Positions 12,006-26,200 of a stretch of DNA of 64,000 nt are shown in pieces; within the stretch, counting starts at the first letter, position 1, and the number at the start of each line of letters is the position of its first letter. Both the position numbers and the translations under genes were made by a program. The stretch is from Bilabrum cf. latius. Its lineage: Eukaryota. The stretch spans positions 806,001 to 870,000 of the forward strand of contig OZ237747.1 of the NCBI GenBank assembly GCA_965178125.1, in the 5' to 3' direction. The notes under the pieces were generated by a model. That model saw nothing but the letters and a program-made list of their open reading frames with translations, did not search any database and was not told the DNA's origin.

Positions 12006-14519
12006 ATGGCCGCCAATCCTTCTACTGCTGCGACGCCAGATCGCTCGGGCTCCGGCGACATCCCCAGTTTCGATTCAATGGGATACGTTGCAATGAAGCG
12101 GAGCTTTTCGGGGTTGTCGGCTTCGGTGCAAAAGCAGATCCTGGACGTTCTTTTGGAGTCTGAAGTTCGTTTGTGGAGTGTAGTTCTAGGGATAAGCTTT
12201 CTCTGGCAAGGCCTGCTCATGGCACTCTCCGTGGTTGTAAATGATAGGCTGCCTCTCAGCTACACCACGGATACGCCGCGAGTTGTCGACTCGACTGTGC
12301 TTGGTATCGCGATAGCTAGCTTGTGTGTTTGGGTTCTGTCTGTTGGACTTCTTGTTTTCTTGGTATCATCCGTATCTGAAGGGTGCTTGTGCTGTGCAGG
12401 CAGCGCTAGTCGTAGTGGCAAGACAGTGGTGGAAGGGCCAAACGTTCCGTTGATGTCTTCTGCAGAGAGAATGCAGGGCGAGTCTTCAAGCGCGCGTGCT
12501 GCTCAGGCAGGAATCTAGGCCATGGAAGTGCTGGCAAGCCCCAGCGCTCTTGAAAGAGGAGCTCAGGTACGTCCTAGTAGCGGGGCCAGCACAGCGTCGC
12601 TGACAGGAGACGCCTCGCCTGCAACTCAAAATGATTCCAGCAGCCAGGAAAGCGGGCGTATTCGCGTGGCGGCCTTACTAATGTACCCGATCCTTGTCGT
12701 GCTGCTCGTGCTCGCACAGCCTCAGTCGCCGATCAGGGGCAGCTCGCTCGTCGTGGCGACGCAGTTCTACGCCCTCGGGGCGTTCTTCTACTCTTTGCTC
12801 GCCTGGTTCGGAGCTGTGCTGGACGCCAAGTCCACCGGCCAGCAAGAAAGCAGCGAAAGCAATGCAGACGAACAGCTCAGGTGGCGCATCCGGACCGCTG
12901 CGGCAGCTGCGCCACAGTTGGTGGTCGGAAGCGCGGCCTCGGGACGGAAGGGACTTGATGCTATTGCCGAGGAGAGCGATAATACTAAGCCTTCCGTGGC
13001 CGCCCCATCCACGCAACAACAAAGTGCACAGAGCAACAGTGGCCTGCGACGAAGAAGCACCAAGCCAGCGAGCGCCTCTGTACTGGACCTGGTGCACCAG
13101 GAAGAAGGCTCCAACGGGAAACTGCTCGCTCGCTCACGAGCTGGTGCTCAGACGGCTTCCGTCAACCCGTTCATCCGAGCGCTGGACGTGCGTGTGGCGG
13201 CAGTCCAGCGAGCGGGGGGCGTGTACAGCCACATGATGAGCCAGAGGTCGGCTTTGCACGTGTCTGGATTCGTGCTCATCGTGCTGATCGCGATTGGTCG
13301 CAGCTTTCTGTCACCTGATGCGATCAGCTACCTGTCGAGTGCAAACACCAAGGAGATGATGGCTCATCTGGCCTGCTTTGCTGCGGCGCTTGCCGTGTAT
13401 TGGACGGTGCTGGCCATACTCACGGACTCCATGTTTAGTGCCGTCATAGTAAGCTATGTCTACTGCCGGGTGTGGGTGGAATCGATGCGCGACCTACTCA
13501 CGATCGTGCTCGTGGCCATCGAGCAGCGAGCCTGCGCGCTGGATGGGTACGCAGACATGGTCAAAGTGGTACTGTCAATGCGTAACATGACCTTTGGATA
13601 GTCGCAGGACGCCATGGACCGCGTGATGGGCAGGGCTTGCGAGGATTCTGGGGCCGAGACGACGGATGGCGAGCAAGCCGGCGGGTATGGGTCCTCTGCA
13701 GGCAGGACACGGCGAGCGAACTCGGTGGCAGGGATGGGAATGCAGCTTGGGATGAATGCAGGGTGGGCCTCAGCAGCAAGCATGGGCGGGGCGGGGGTCA
13801 TAATGGTGGAGGAGGACAGCGAGGAGGATGCTGACGATGCGGATGGCAGGGGGGAAGGAAAGCACCGCCGCAGTGGACAGCGGGCTGGCACGCCGCAGAA
13901 CGACCCGGTCCATGGAGCTCCGAGCAACCTGGGCATCCCGGATAAATCCGTGCTTTCCATTGCCATGTCGGAATGGTGGCGCGCGTTGGACGGACCTGTC
14001 ACGCAAGTGGTGCAGTCGCTGTACGCCAAGTCGCAATCCAGGCTTGCTCTCGTGGTCGCGTTCAGCGTGGTGCTGGCCATCTTGCTCGCGTCGAGGTACG
14101 TCTATCTCCAGGGTGACTTGGTGGCATTGTTCGAGGACGGTGTCACGCCGATCGCCTTTGTCGTGTCTTTGCTTTCCTTCGGGGCTGTGATCATGGTGCT
14201 GCTGGAGACCCTGCAGATCAAGTCCACGGTCGATGCTGGCCTGTGCGCCTCCATTGCGAGGGTGCAGCTGAATTCGAAGGTGGCCGCAGAGGCCCTCGAC
14301 TTGCGCAAGGTGGATGACACTGACAGTACCCTTTCGGAGATTCAGCACGCTCTAGAGCAGATGAAGCTGATCCAAGAGGCGCTGCAAGAGAGTCCGCGGG
14401 TCGTCCCGCTGGTGTTTGGCATCCACGTGCGGTACGAGCTGCTGTTTTCGTACGCGACGACTGCGCTCATCACGGCGCTTGTTCCGTTCGCACAGAGGGC
14501 GGTGGTGGGGGCGGAGTAA
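12006..14519 (+). CDS. Multi-pass membrane protein (~837 aa); C-terminal half resembles GR-like/DUF3537 7TM proteins; 2 in-frame TAG
   Basis: ORFs 12006, 12522 and 13614 are in one frame, with TAGs at 12516 and 13599. About 9 hydrophobic segments; ends TAA, followed by AT-rich non-coding sequence. Confidence 0.7.
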
Positions 14520-15894
14520 TTGCGATTTATATAATCGGAGGTGTCTGGGTGCAGGTAGGTGCTTGCGGGCCTTGGTCCTAGCTGGCCCTCGGCTTGAAGG
14601 TCCGCAACACTCGCTGCCAGCAGCAGATGTTCATTCATGCAAATTGGTAGCGTCTTTAATTAATAGCGAATCTATGGGTAAGTTTGAAATGCCCATCATG
14701 CCAGTCCCCTACCCTGTAGTCTTGGGGGCAACCTCCGTCCGTGCCGAGGCCCCAAAAGTGGGCCCTGCGCCAGCCGGGGCGAGTCAGCCAGGGGAAAAAA
14801 GCAACAAGACATGCATGGAGCGATGGGTGGAGGTGGGGAATCATCACTACGCATTGTATTTTCAGACACTCAGGAATGCTCGTGGACCAGCTGCAATTGC
14901 ACTACGGTCCGAGTCGGCGAAGCGTTTCAGATTGATACAATATTGACGCCACATATCCAACTGGGTGCCGAAATTGTTCTGTTCCATTGCCATACATAAT
15001 GAAAGACATCAGCGATTTCTGATCTGAGACTTTGAAGGAAGCCGGACATTGGCAGATGCAGGGGTAGGATTCCAAAACAGCGTCGACTCTTCATGGGGAT
15101 AGGCCGGAATCCACGTTAGCATCGATTTTGGTATACGTCTTTGAGACTTGTTACTAGGCATGGAGTGGACATGGGTACAGGCGTGTTCCAACTAGCGCAA
15201 GCGCAAGCGACTCAGTTGGGAGTTGCTCAAGACGGTACGTTGTCTACTATAATGACCTCGCCATGCAAGTAGTGCTCAGTCGGGTCGGAAAATCATACAA
15301 ATTCGAACTAAGTAAGGCTGAAGAAGTCACGAAGCTGGATTAGACGCGGCAGTGCGTCAAGACGTTCTGATCCTAACGCCGGATGGGGTTCGGTGTTGAT
15401 GCCAGAGTGGGAGCGCGTGAACGTCTCGTTGGGTTCCGATGGCGGTTGCGACCGGGAAGGTGCGACCAAGCCAACGGATTGCTTGCGATGACGCGCATAC
15501 CCTCTCTGTGTTCAGGAGAGGGGCGGAGATTGGGTAATTTTTGTACACTCTGGCATCAGGGTAGTACTACGATGAAATGGTGGCACAGCACCGTAGGGCT
15601 GGGATTACCAAAGTGCTTGGGCACGACTGGGCGATTGCATGGTTTCGGCAATGCTGCAAGCCTATACCTATAGACGCTGCGGGTGAAATGAAGGCTAGGC
15701 GTGGACTTCGTCTTCCAAAGGGTGCTCGCGACGCCAATCTTGTGTTTCACTCGCCAGCTCAGGTCATGAATGACACACTCATGACATGACTATGACCGTG
15801 ATATTTTTTGTTGGATAAGCCTTATGGCTCATTGGTCGCAGATGCCTCAATCGCCATGAACAGTTTCACGTATGCCTCGAGACGCCCAGCTGAA

Positions 15895-18800
15895 TCACCG
15901 CACCGACAGCCCCACCGCCCCCTTCGCGGCAGCCTGCGCCGCAGTTCGATCGAGAGCCGCCGTGTCTGCCCCGGCCAGGTTCTTCTCTACCTCCTCGCGA
16001 ATGGCAGGGATGCCCCTGACGACAGCCTCCGGGAGAAGAAGCGTCAGCCCGCGCACCCGCTTCATCTCCGTGTCGAGAGCCTGGATCGCCGTGCGGTTGG
16101 ACCACAGGTGCACGGCACCCAGCGCCACCACGAACAGGACGCAGGCCGTCAGCTGCCATCCTAAGAACCGCCTCACGACGTCTCGCGCCAGCTGCCTGTG
16201 AATGGCGGTCGCCTCGTACAGGCCGCTGTCGACGAAAGTGCCGGCCAGTTTTTTGAACTGCTGGGCCTTTGTGGCGGTGAATCGTCCTAGCAGACGGTCG
16301 CGGCTGTCCCCCTGAGCAACCAGACCTCCTGCCGAGGCGGCCTCGGCTTTGTACGTCCCGACGATGTCGAGCGCATCTTCCGTCAGGTGCTGGATGGCTC
16401 CATGCAGACCAGTGCCCAGCAAGCCATCCATGAATGCGGAGCAGTCCTCGTGCGAGAAGGTGGTCTCGGCCTGCATGACGTACCCCAGGCTGCGGCCCTG
16501 CGCAAGTGCAAAGTGCGTCTCGTTCTGTCCTGACTCAGGAGCTGACTCGCCCGTCGGGTGAGACGCCGGGGAGAAGCCGCCTCCCTTGGACAAGCAACCA
16601 TCCTCTAACATCAGGTGGTGCATCTTGTCGCTTGCCTTAAGGGTGCCGTCAACGTGCATCACCTCCGAGCCGTACAGCAGCCCGTTCTGCAGCCGAATCA
16701 CCGCAGCAGCACGATCGTGAACGGCAGAGGCATAGAAGTCAATCGCTGCGGCAGTCTCCGACTCAAGCGTCCTCGCCACGTAGTACTCCAGCTGCAGAAC
16801 TGCAGCGTGCCTCTGCTCCGAGTAGTACACGGCGTTGTCCAGCCGCTCGATGTCGTCGAAGCTTGCCGTGGTCCACTCGCGTAGCAGTGCGAAGCATGCA
16901 GCAGCCACGAGCACGGGCATGCAGAACCGCACCAGGTTGAGTATCACCCTGCTCGAGTCCTTGGTGGACTCCCTCTCCTCTGCGCGGTTCTTCTTGAACC
17001 TGATCTTGGACCAGTCCATCTCCTCGACCTGAGAGCCAGCACCTTGCCCGCCCTATCCGTTGCCTGCGTTGTCTCCGCGCACGGACACGACAGCGTCCTG
17101 GTATCCCCCGGTGGCGTCGTCATCAATGCCGTCTTCCTCCGCCTGTATTTCGTCGAGCCTCTTCTGCGCGTCGTTCCGAAGAAACTTGACCACCTTGCGA
17201 GGGACGTGGAAGAAGATCCGATGGATCCCATCGCGGGCTCCTTCCACCCCTACGATGATCGGGATGACGACGCCGATGAGACTCAGCATCAAAATGCCAA
17301 TGCTCGACATGGTGATGCAAAGCTCAATCAGCTCGTTTCTCTCCTTGTGCTCCTCCGTTCTCTTGTGCAGCAGCTGAGAGCTCTCGTTTGCGCCCGCAGC
17401 CACCGATTCGGGCCCGTTGGCGCGGACGAAGAACACGATGGAGGATCGGTCGTACAGTGCCCACTTGGAGGGATCGATGGCCTCCGAAAGTCTAACCTTG
17501 GTCCCAAATTCCACGCCTGCATCCAGCAGGCCAGTCGGTCGCACCACCTCCTCGCCGGCTTGGAGGTTTCTCACCGGCAGCACGTCCTTCACGTACAGCG
17601 AGTGCAGGGCAACGGAGGACTTAATGCCGTCGTTGAGTCCCATCGAGTCGATCGCTGCCTAAGAATAGCCCCTGCTCGTCGCATGCACCCACTGCGTGAA
17701 GTTCACTGGCACGTTCGGCTCGAACGTCTTGGACCCGCTCGTCTCTGCAGCTTCAAGGTATAGCTCGTTGTGGATCTATGCGTACTCGCTGCGATGCACC
17801 TCCAGTCTGTGCACCATCCCATCCCACCTGTCTTGCGTGTCCGAGATGGCTTGGCTGCTCAGTACGAGGGATTGGCTGTCCAGCAGCAGCTCTTGCATCA
17901 CCACCTGCCTCTCACCCGACCTCGCGACCAGCTCAATGTCGGACAGCAGGCCTAGCAGAAGCACGCGATTCAAAGTAACGTAGACCGCAGCCAACACCCC
18001 AACGACGATAAACAGGACAAACAGCGCCGTGTTGAGGAGCTGCAGGCTGGTCTCCTTCACGTTGGACATGCGACGGAGAGTCCGCCGCAGCTGGGAGGTG
18101 GCGCTCGTGCGACTGGTCTTGGACGTGATTGAAGACCGCTCCCCATCGTTGTGATGGCGCTAGTACGGATCACTGGGGGGATCCCTCCGGCCAGCCACGT
18201 GCAGCCTCGAGTCACCTCCGGTCGCTCGCGTTGAGAGTCCGGGCGATTTCCTTTGACCTCGCTTGGCGAGCGCAGACTTTGGACCTCCCTGGTCTGGATG
18301 GATGCTGAACGTAACGTGCGCTTTCCCCGGCTCCATGTGTGTCCCAGACACATCCGAGTTGTCGGTTCGGCCGGATAGCATCTCGGCACTGCCACGGGCG
18401 TCGCTCCTTGTGATGCGATCCAGTGTGCCGCTGCCCTCTGCGAAGGTCCCCTCGAAGGTGTGCAGGCTCTCGACATCCACGTGGGTGCTTCCGCCTTCTG
18501 AGCCGCGCTCGACGGTTTGCAGACGTGGAACAGCATCGCTGGCATTCGACGGCTTGTGCGGCGATGATGTTGCTCCAAGGAGGGCAGCGGCACCGTTGGT
18601 CGAAGGAGCGAGGAGGCCATCCGCTAGCGCGTGCTAGACGTGCGCTATGCCAGCGTTTGACACAGCTTCGGATAGCTCTGCTGACCCCTGGCTGTTTGAA
18701 GCAGCCAATGCATGCACTACATTTGCAGCTGAAGCCGATTCGACCCCATCCACGCTCGCACTCCTCCTTCTCTGCCCGGTGCCAGAGTGTGCCTGCTGCA

Positions 18801-21800
18801 GCTGGACACGTCGCTCCCTTGCAGACACAGGGGCCTCCTCCGCCTCTTTGCTCTCGACAATAGGCATGCCCCTCTTGCTCTTCTTCTTCTTCTCCTTCTA
18901 CATGGAGTGCTTGGAGTGAGTCAGCGCTAGCGAGCTGCCCCCCCCCTGGCTGCCTGACCCCTGCTCGAGCTTCTCCAGATCAGCCAGCAGACTGTCCCCA
19001 CCTGCGGTAGAACCAGTGGCCCCAGAGACCCGCTTGATGTGTTTTGTCCCCGATGATGAGCTGCTCCTGTGGTGCTACGGGTGCGGACGTGGAGCATTCA
19101 CGGCGTACGATAGGCGCACTGATGGACTTGCCGAGCGCGGCTGCCCAGCAGGAAACTTCTCGCGGTCCTACTCCCGCTCGTGTTCATCGTCTTCGTCGTC
19201 AACGTCAGTGCTACAGATCTGAATGGCCCCGCTCTGACCGAGACCTGCCGCCAGCTGCACCCAGGAAGGATCAGGCCTTGGAGGCCTCGCGTCCACGGCC
19301 TCGTCTCGAAGCGGCATGCCAGGAATGCTAGGTTTTCTCTTCTTCTGCAGCAGCGACCCCTCCTTATCGGCACCAGGATGACGACGATTAGAGGCAGCTC
19401 TGGCTTCCCCAAGTCCGGCAGCTGACGAGGCTGTGTTGCCATGTTTTGACGAGGTTTCGCCGTGATGTTCTTGACCGCTCTGCTTTCCACCAGAAGCGGT
19501 CTAATCGTGCTCTGCGTGTGCAAGCTGCCGCTGCAAGGAGCGGGCATTCGGGGTTCCCCCGCTGCCACCGACCAGCGAGGCTCCACCCATGTGAGACGCA
19601 GCAACGGACGAGCTGTCTTCCTCGGCCCAGGGTCTCCACTTCAAAAGACACACTTGCAGCATGTCCGGCGGTGTGCTGAGGTCAGCACCTCGACGAGCGC
19701 GCCGTCCGCGCCCAGCTGCCCTGCTGTCGGAGCCGTACTCGCTCGGCATGGCCTTTCCAATTGCACCCAGCATGCTGGCACGCATGGGCATGCTCGTTTG
19801 CAGCTGCAGCCACACCTTCATGTGGTTGTGTGGCAGGATAGCGTGCCTGGGCAGCGTCTGCCCAGCGGAGGACTTCATGAATTGCCTGCTGGGCCACAGC
19901 ACGCCGGGGGCACCGAGCTCCGTATCGGTGTCGTCCGTCTCTTCCAGCATTGCGAGCTCGTCCGCTCCGACAAGGTGCGGCCGGTGCCCGCTGCGGGTGC
20001 TCCTACCGCCGCCGCTGCTCTTGCTCTCCTTTCGAGAGCTGCTGCCTCTTGAGGAGGGTGTGGTGGCGATGGCATCGACGTCTGAGCTCTTCCCACTAGG
20101 CCCAGCAACGCTGTGTCGACGAGATTGCTTGCCGCTCGATTTCACAGCCGAGGCTGCCTTGGCCACCACGCCATGCAGCTTCGTGGTTGCCACCGTTGGC
20201 TGCGACTCTGCGAGGTCGAGGGCGAGTGGCAGGCCGTTCTCGATCCCCCTCGCCTCGAGAAACTGACCCAGCTGAGGCATGTACTTGTGAAGGAAGACCC
20301 CGCCGCGCCCGATGTTGTCTCGTGAGATCCGGAGAGCCCGCTACGATCTGGGGCAGGCTCCGGTGACGACTCCCGTGGGAGCCATGAAGAGGATGAAGCC
20401 GGTGTTGTCGCTGATCGGAAGCGGCTGCATGATGCCTCCGAATCCTTCCTCCATCTGGCGCACCGACAGCAACACAGGGAAGATGTGCCCGGCCTTGTGA
20501 AGGCCGAAGACCTGCCGCGAGGAATTGAGCATCTCCTCTTTCCCGGATGCCAGGAATCGACGAAGGAAGTGATCGTGCGCGGCGGCGAAAGGCTAGGGTA
20601 GCACGGTCGACAGGTTCTGACCGACGAGCTCTCGCTTGGTGTACCCGAACATGCTGGTGGCAGGCTGGTTCACGGAGACCATGTTGCCGAGGGTGTTTGG
20701 GTCCTGGGAGGCGACGAGCACAGCGACATTTTCGCTCTGTGTGGCGACTTCCAGCTGCTGCCCCATCATGTCAAAGTCAGCCCCAGAGATGCCCCTGGTG
20801 TGCAGCCTGGTGGCTTCCTCCTCCAGCACGTCTGCCTGCTCCACGTACTTGGCCGCGAGCATCGGGTCGTTCTTGATCTCGATCAGAAAGAGGGCGTACT
20901 GCCTGAGTGCCACCACGGAGCTAGGGTTGATCCTCAGGAGCAGCTGATACGCCGCGTCAGCCGCCTCGGTGCTGTCGTGGATCCTAGCTCCGATCTCCGA
21001 GAGCCGGTCGACATTGACCACCGTGTCCGTCAGCCGTTGCCAGAAGTCTCGGATGGCAGACCGTGCTCGCATTGCTTCCATGCTCGCGGCCTCCTTGGTC
21101 TTTTCGAAGCGGACGCGCGCCTGGACGGAGACACGACCGCCCACCGATTGCTCCAGCGCGGCCGCTGAGATCTGCTGCTGCCTGCAGAATACGAGGCACT
21201 GCGTGTCGATGGGCGGCTGCAGGGCAAGGGCTGCTTGCAGGTGCGTCTGTTCGAGGTGTCTGTTCCCTCGGATGTCTCGGAGGAAATCAGCTGCGATGAT
21301 GTGCATGCTCGGGTCGCCCTGGAAGAACTCGAGCGCCTCTGCGAGCAGGTGCTCGGCCTCTTCTGCTCCGTCAGAATGCTCGAAGAGAGCGGCGTTCCCG
21401 TCCAAGGTGGACCCGGCGGCACCGCCCCGCCCTCCGAACCTCTTCTTGCGGGCGTGTCCGATAGCAGCTGCGGATGCGAGGCCACCCGCTTCGCCAGTCC
21501 CCGGGGAGGAGGACACGTGCCCGGTGCGCATGTCTAATTCGGCTTGGGCGAGCATGCGGCGGAGCTTCACCTGCACCATCTGCGGGGACGAGAGCTCGAA
21601 CACGTCATCGAAGCTGCGCCAGCGCATGTCGGTGACTGTCCAGCCGGCGAATGCCACGAAGGGCAGCGCCATGAGGAACGCTAAGCCAGCTCCATCCCGG
21701 CTTGTAGGCACGAGCAGCAGCGAAGCGCACTGGCACACTGCCGCCCAGATGATGACCCCGCCGAGCGAGACGAACCACTGGTTCGCCTCGTGAGCCGAGA

Positions 21801-22793
21801 AGGGGAGCCCAGCCAGGTGCTGGTACACGAGATACACGCCGAGCGCGAGGGAAGCGATTGAGAGGACCCACGGCGACACGTATTCGACCAACGAGAAGGC
21901 AGCACAGGCAATGGCGATGGCAATGAGCGCATATGCATGCACTCGTCCATCTGCCCTCGCAAGCGGTTGGGAGCTCGCCCGCCTTCTGTCCATCAGCGTG
22001 GTCGCAGCCACACACGCGAAGGCTACCCACGCCACGCAAAGCAGCAGGGCCAAACCGATCATGACTATATGACCACCATCGTAGCAATCTAAGCTACTCG
22101 AGAACCAGGTTTCATTCCCTTCGACTCGCTCGCATGCCACAGTAGCAAGAAGGGATCGCAGCACTGGGATGAATAAGACGGTACACGCTCCATCCGCGGA
22201 AATCCGAAGCACCTGCACTAATAATTAGAGAATCAGATCGCCCGTAGTCGCTTAAAGCAAAGCCATTTGCATTACTCCGATTCAACACCAGCAAACAATC
22301 GCTAGTCTCGGTGCCATGTGTTAAAACATCCTCTGGCAGCTAAACTCACCCGGATTGCCACCGATGGGGAATTGGAGAACTGAAATTCTTCAGAATCGGC
22401 GTAAATCTTGCCAAGGATCAAGAACAGCGCGATGACGATGGCAACAATGCTTGCAGAAGCCGAGAACAGTACAACCACGGCTTTGCTAGCGGGTGAGCCG
22501 GCCGAAGCGAGCCCTGTCATGTCACCTGACACGGCACCTAGAGCAAAGCTGATGTATTTCATTGCCTCCATGTCATGCCAATGGAAAGGGGCAGCTGCCG
22601 ACAGCGGGAACGCCAGTACCTGAGGTGAAGTACCGAGAAGAAGGCGGGTGCAGCCGCTGATGGGAAGCAAACACTGCGCCCTCGGCACAAACGTACGCCC
22701 CGAAAGACTCACTTGCAGGCTGAAGAGAAGGATAAATACCATCATTATCCAACGAGGCGTGCGAATTCCTTTCGAACCGCTTAGCGCTGCCAT
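15895..22793 (-). CDS. Large PAS-domain transmembrane protein (TmcB/TmcC-like, ~2,220 aa); exons 22793-22713, 22619-22350, 22212-15895; 11 in-frame TAG; true start may lie further upstream
   Basis: Introns 22712-22620 (GTGAGT..CTCAG) and 22349-22213 (GTGAGT..TGCAG). N-terminal TM block, TPR-like 'YQLLLRINPSSVVALRQYALFLIEIKND', PAS 'VNQPATSMFGYTKRELVGQNLSTVLP*PFAAAHDHFLRRF...FGLHKAGHIFPV', further TMs. Eight ORF-track pieces share one frame; ends TGA. Confidence 0.85.
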
Positions 22794-23247
22794 TAAGCGC
22801 TTCAATCCGAGAGCAGCCCATCGCACAAGCTCCTCCGAGGCGTCCGACTAGTCTTGGAGCTGTAACGTTGGTGTGCGATGCGCCTGCGCGGCTTCGATCC
22901 TACGATGGGTGGGAGAATGAGCTGAACTTTTTATTTGCCCGCCGGCATTGCTACCAGATGGCTGCTCGTCTTGTCGAGATGGCTGGATGCGAAATGAGCG
23001 CACTGCGAGGATTCGAGAGGCTTACAGCGCACCAGAAGGTAAAATAGCTCATTATTTTCGTCGTGGACTATCACCAACATACTTCAAATAACTCTCACTT
23101 GCGCGAAAGCTCCTGTTTGACTTCATGGCTGCACTGAATGCTTCGGGATGAAGCAGTGTCGCGAGGTGACGCGCTCTGCAGGATTGGTCGCAAGCGCGGC
23201 GCCTAATGTTCCGCAAAAGCATCAGCTGGGATCGGCTTCACGCACGA

Positions 23248-26200
23248 TCAGGCTCGTATCGAGTTCAGAACCGCAGAGCCACTCTGCTGCCCCTGCCAGG
23301 ATGGCACACCGGCGGATTGCCTGTTCATATCGATGAATTCCTTGCTCGAGGTCCTCTTGAGCGTGGTCAGGAACTGCGGCAGGACGCCACGCTCCGACTC
23401 ATCTGCTTCCACGTCTGGGCTGCCCGGCACCGATGGCCCCAGGGTCGATTCCGAGAAGGAGTCATCATCCGTGCCAGACCTGGGAGTCTGGACCTCTTCT
23501 GCCCCGAGGTTCCCGAGGTCCTTGGACCAACGCGCCGAGTTGAGCTCGTGCACCTCCTCGTCCTCGTCCTCGTCCTCATCATCGTCATCGTCAGACACAA
23601 CAGCCCTGTCGCCTGTTGGGCTTGAAATAACGGCACGATTGTGGTGCACGCCGCTGCCGCCGTCGCTCAGACCGGTTGCTTTGCTCACTTGAGCCTGCTC
23701 GGCCCCCACTGACTGCTTCGAAGCTCTCCTCGCCAGCCCCCGCTTGGAGGACGTCCGGGGCAATTCCCGTTTCGAGGATTTCTTGGCCAGCTCTCGCTTG
23801 GAAGACTTTCGTTGCATCGCCGAGTTCCGCTCTATGTGCTTTTCCACCTTTGCGATGAGCTCGGCTGCCTTGGCGGCGACCTCGCCCGGTGTCGCGAGCA
23901 TGCTCACCTTGGCAGTTGCTCGCTTGCCTCGAGCAAGTGCTTGCTCCCTCGACTGCGCCTCGGCCTCCCACGCAGCCGACAGGTCGCCGTAGAACAGCCT
24001 TGACTTTGGCGCAGCCACCAGCTCCACCGACTCCCCCCGATCCAAGCACCCTCTTGCGTCTACCTTGCCGGGCAGCAAGTGCGCCGACTCGGAGCCGCTA
24101 CCGGCAACACCGCCCGGTGCCGTCCGGGATCCGATCCGTCGAAGCGCCCCGTGACTGGCAGCGCCGGCACCGCCTCTACTCGAGGCGAGGCCCGGGCCTG
24201 GACCAGCCCCAAATCCACCGGTGGGTGCGGCAGCCATCCAGGCAGGCCTCAACCCTGAGGCGGCCGCCAGCTGTCGCAGCACTGCCGCCTGCTTCTCCGA
24301 GTCGTATGAGTACGCCGCCGTGCCGCCGTGCCGGCCACTGGTTGCCTTAAACTCGGCATCTCTGTCTTCCAATGAATCCTTGGGATCCGCAAGCGCCGTG
24401 GGGCGCCGCTGCGAAGCACGCAGAGGAGACACGAGCGGATCCAGCCTGCGAGCACCTGTTTGCTACTTGCTCTCGGCAATGGGCCCTCGTTCTACTCCTC
24501 CTCCTGAATTCGCATCGATGGGGTAGTCCCCTGCCGCTGACCCTCGCCTGCTGGTGGACCCACTCCTCACCCTGAACTTGTCGCCTGCTTGCTGCTGCCC
24601 CCCTCTCAGACTCTCTCGCCGCTCCTGCAGGAGCTTGCGTCCCAGCTCGCCCAGTTCTCCATCGCGCACCCCTGTTCCTGCAGCAACACCGGCTGCGCGT
24701 GTGCCAGAAAACGCATCCGCCTAGGAAGTCGAACTCTTCCTTCTGTGCTGTCTTCTGCCATGGGTGTCCGTTGAGTTTTTACCTCCGCTGGCCCGAACCA
24801 GCCGTCGGACAGCCGCTTCCCTCCGTCGAGTCGATTTCGCCGCGAGCTCTGCCCTGGCTGCGTGCCTGACCCTGGTGCCTGGCGCGATGGCCCGCACAGC
24901 CGGAGGGGTCCCCCTCTGTGGGGGGGCCCGCGGCGCAGCGACGGGGCTTCGAACGTCTTTCGAGAGGCGCCGCACGGGGCTTCGCCGCTGGCTGCCCTGG
25001 CCGGCCACGCCGCCGGCTCGCCTTCCTTTCCCTGTGCCTGCAGAGGCGCCGGGACGAGGCGGTGAGCCGCCCAGCCGGCTCCGATCGCCGGGCCGCATGC
25101 CGCCAGCCGGCTCGGCGGGTTCCTGCTTGATGAACGACTGGAACCGACGCAAACCGACGTGCACCTGGCCCGCCTGATCCGATCCCTATTGATCCGATCC
25201 CCCGCCCCTCGCGCTGTTCCTCCTCGAGCCCGCAAGCGAGGCCTCATTCAGGAGCCGCTCCCTTCCCGCCCGCGTCCCCGAGAGGACCTCCTCCACGCCC
25301 GCGACCACCACCCCGTCCCTCGGCGTCTCCTCCTCGGGGTCTTCCGCCGACTGACCTTCCGTGAGCATGGGCCTGGAGCCAGACCGCTGCAGAGCGAAGG
25401 ATGGCACCCGGATCACGCCCACCCCGGCGCTGGAGCTCCGCCTCCTCCCCCCCTTGGCCCCCTTGAAATCGCCCTCGCTGGACCCGTCCGACCCGATCTC
25501 TTCCTCTCTCGAGTCCCGGTGGTTGGACGAGCTGCCGTGGCTGGCCGCCCCACCGCTTCCATGCGTGGTCTGTGAGGTGCCCCCCAGGCTGCCACGACGA
25601 CCCACCGGCAGAATGGGGACACCCTCCTCCGTCAAATTGACGGAGTCGTGCCCCCTCTGCACAGCAAGCCTCCGCTGCCCCTTTCCGCTAGCTCTAAGCT
25701 GCTCCTTGAGCGGGTTGGACCGAGCATCCACGAGCAGTTTGCCCACCCTACCGCTCATGTGCACGCTCGAGATGTTCTCCTCTTCTTCTTCTTCATAGCC
25801 CGTGCTGTCCCCACCAAGCAGCGAGTCTGCCGCCGCATACAATGAATCGCTGCCAGAGGTGGGAGTCGAGCCCAAGCCCGCACCTGCTGGATCGCTACCA
25901 TCCGTCGCGCGCGCCTTCAAGTCTGACAGTGGCGCGGTGGTGCTCGAGGTGCCCATGCCTCCTGCTGCATGCCCCGCTGACGGGCCCTGCCTCTCCCTTG
26001 CGATCGCTTCCGCAAGCAACCTGCTCTCGACAGTGGCGTTGGATGGCATGGGGGGTCCCCACGCCGCGTCCTCCACGCTGATACGGTGGCTGCGCTTCGG
26101 GCTAGGGCCCTGCCAAACGGGTTGCTGGCCCCGCCTGCCGCCTGCAGCACCACCAGCGCCGCCCAGGTGAGAAGCGGCTCGGCCCAGTCGCCGGTCCCTC

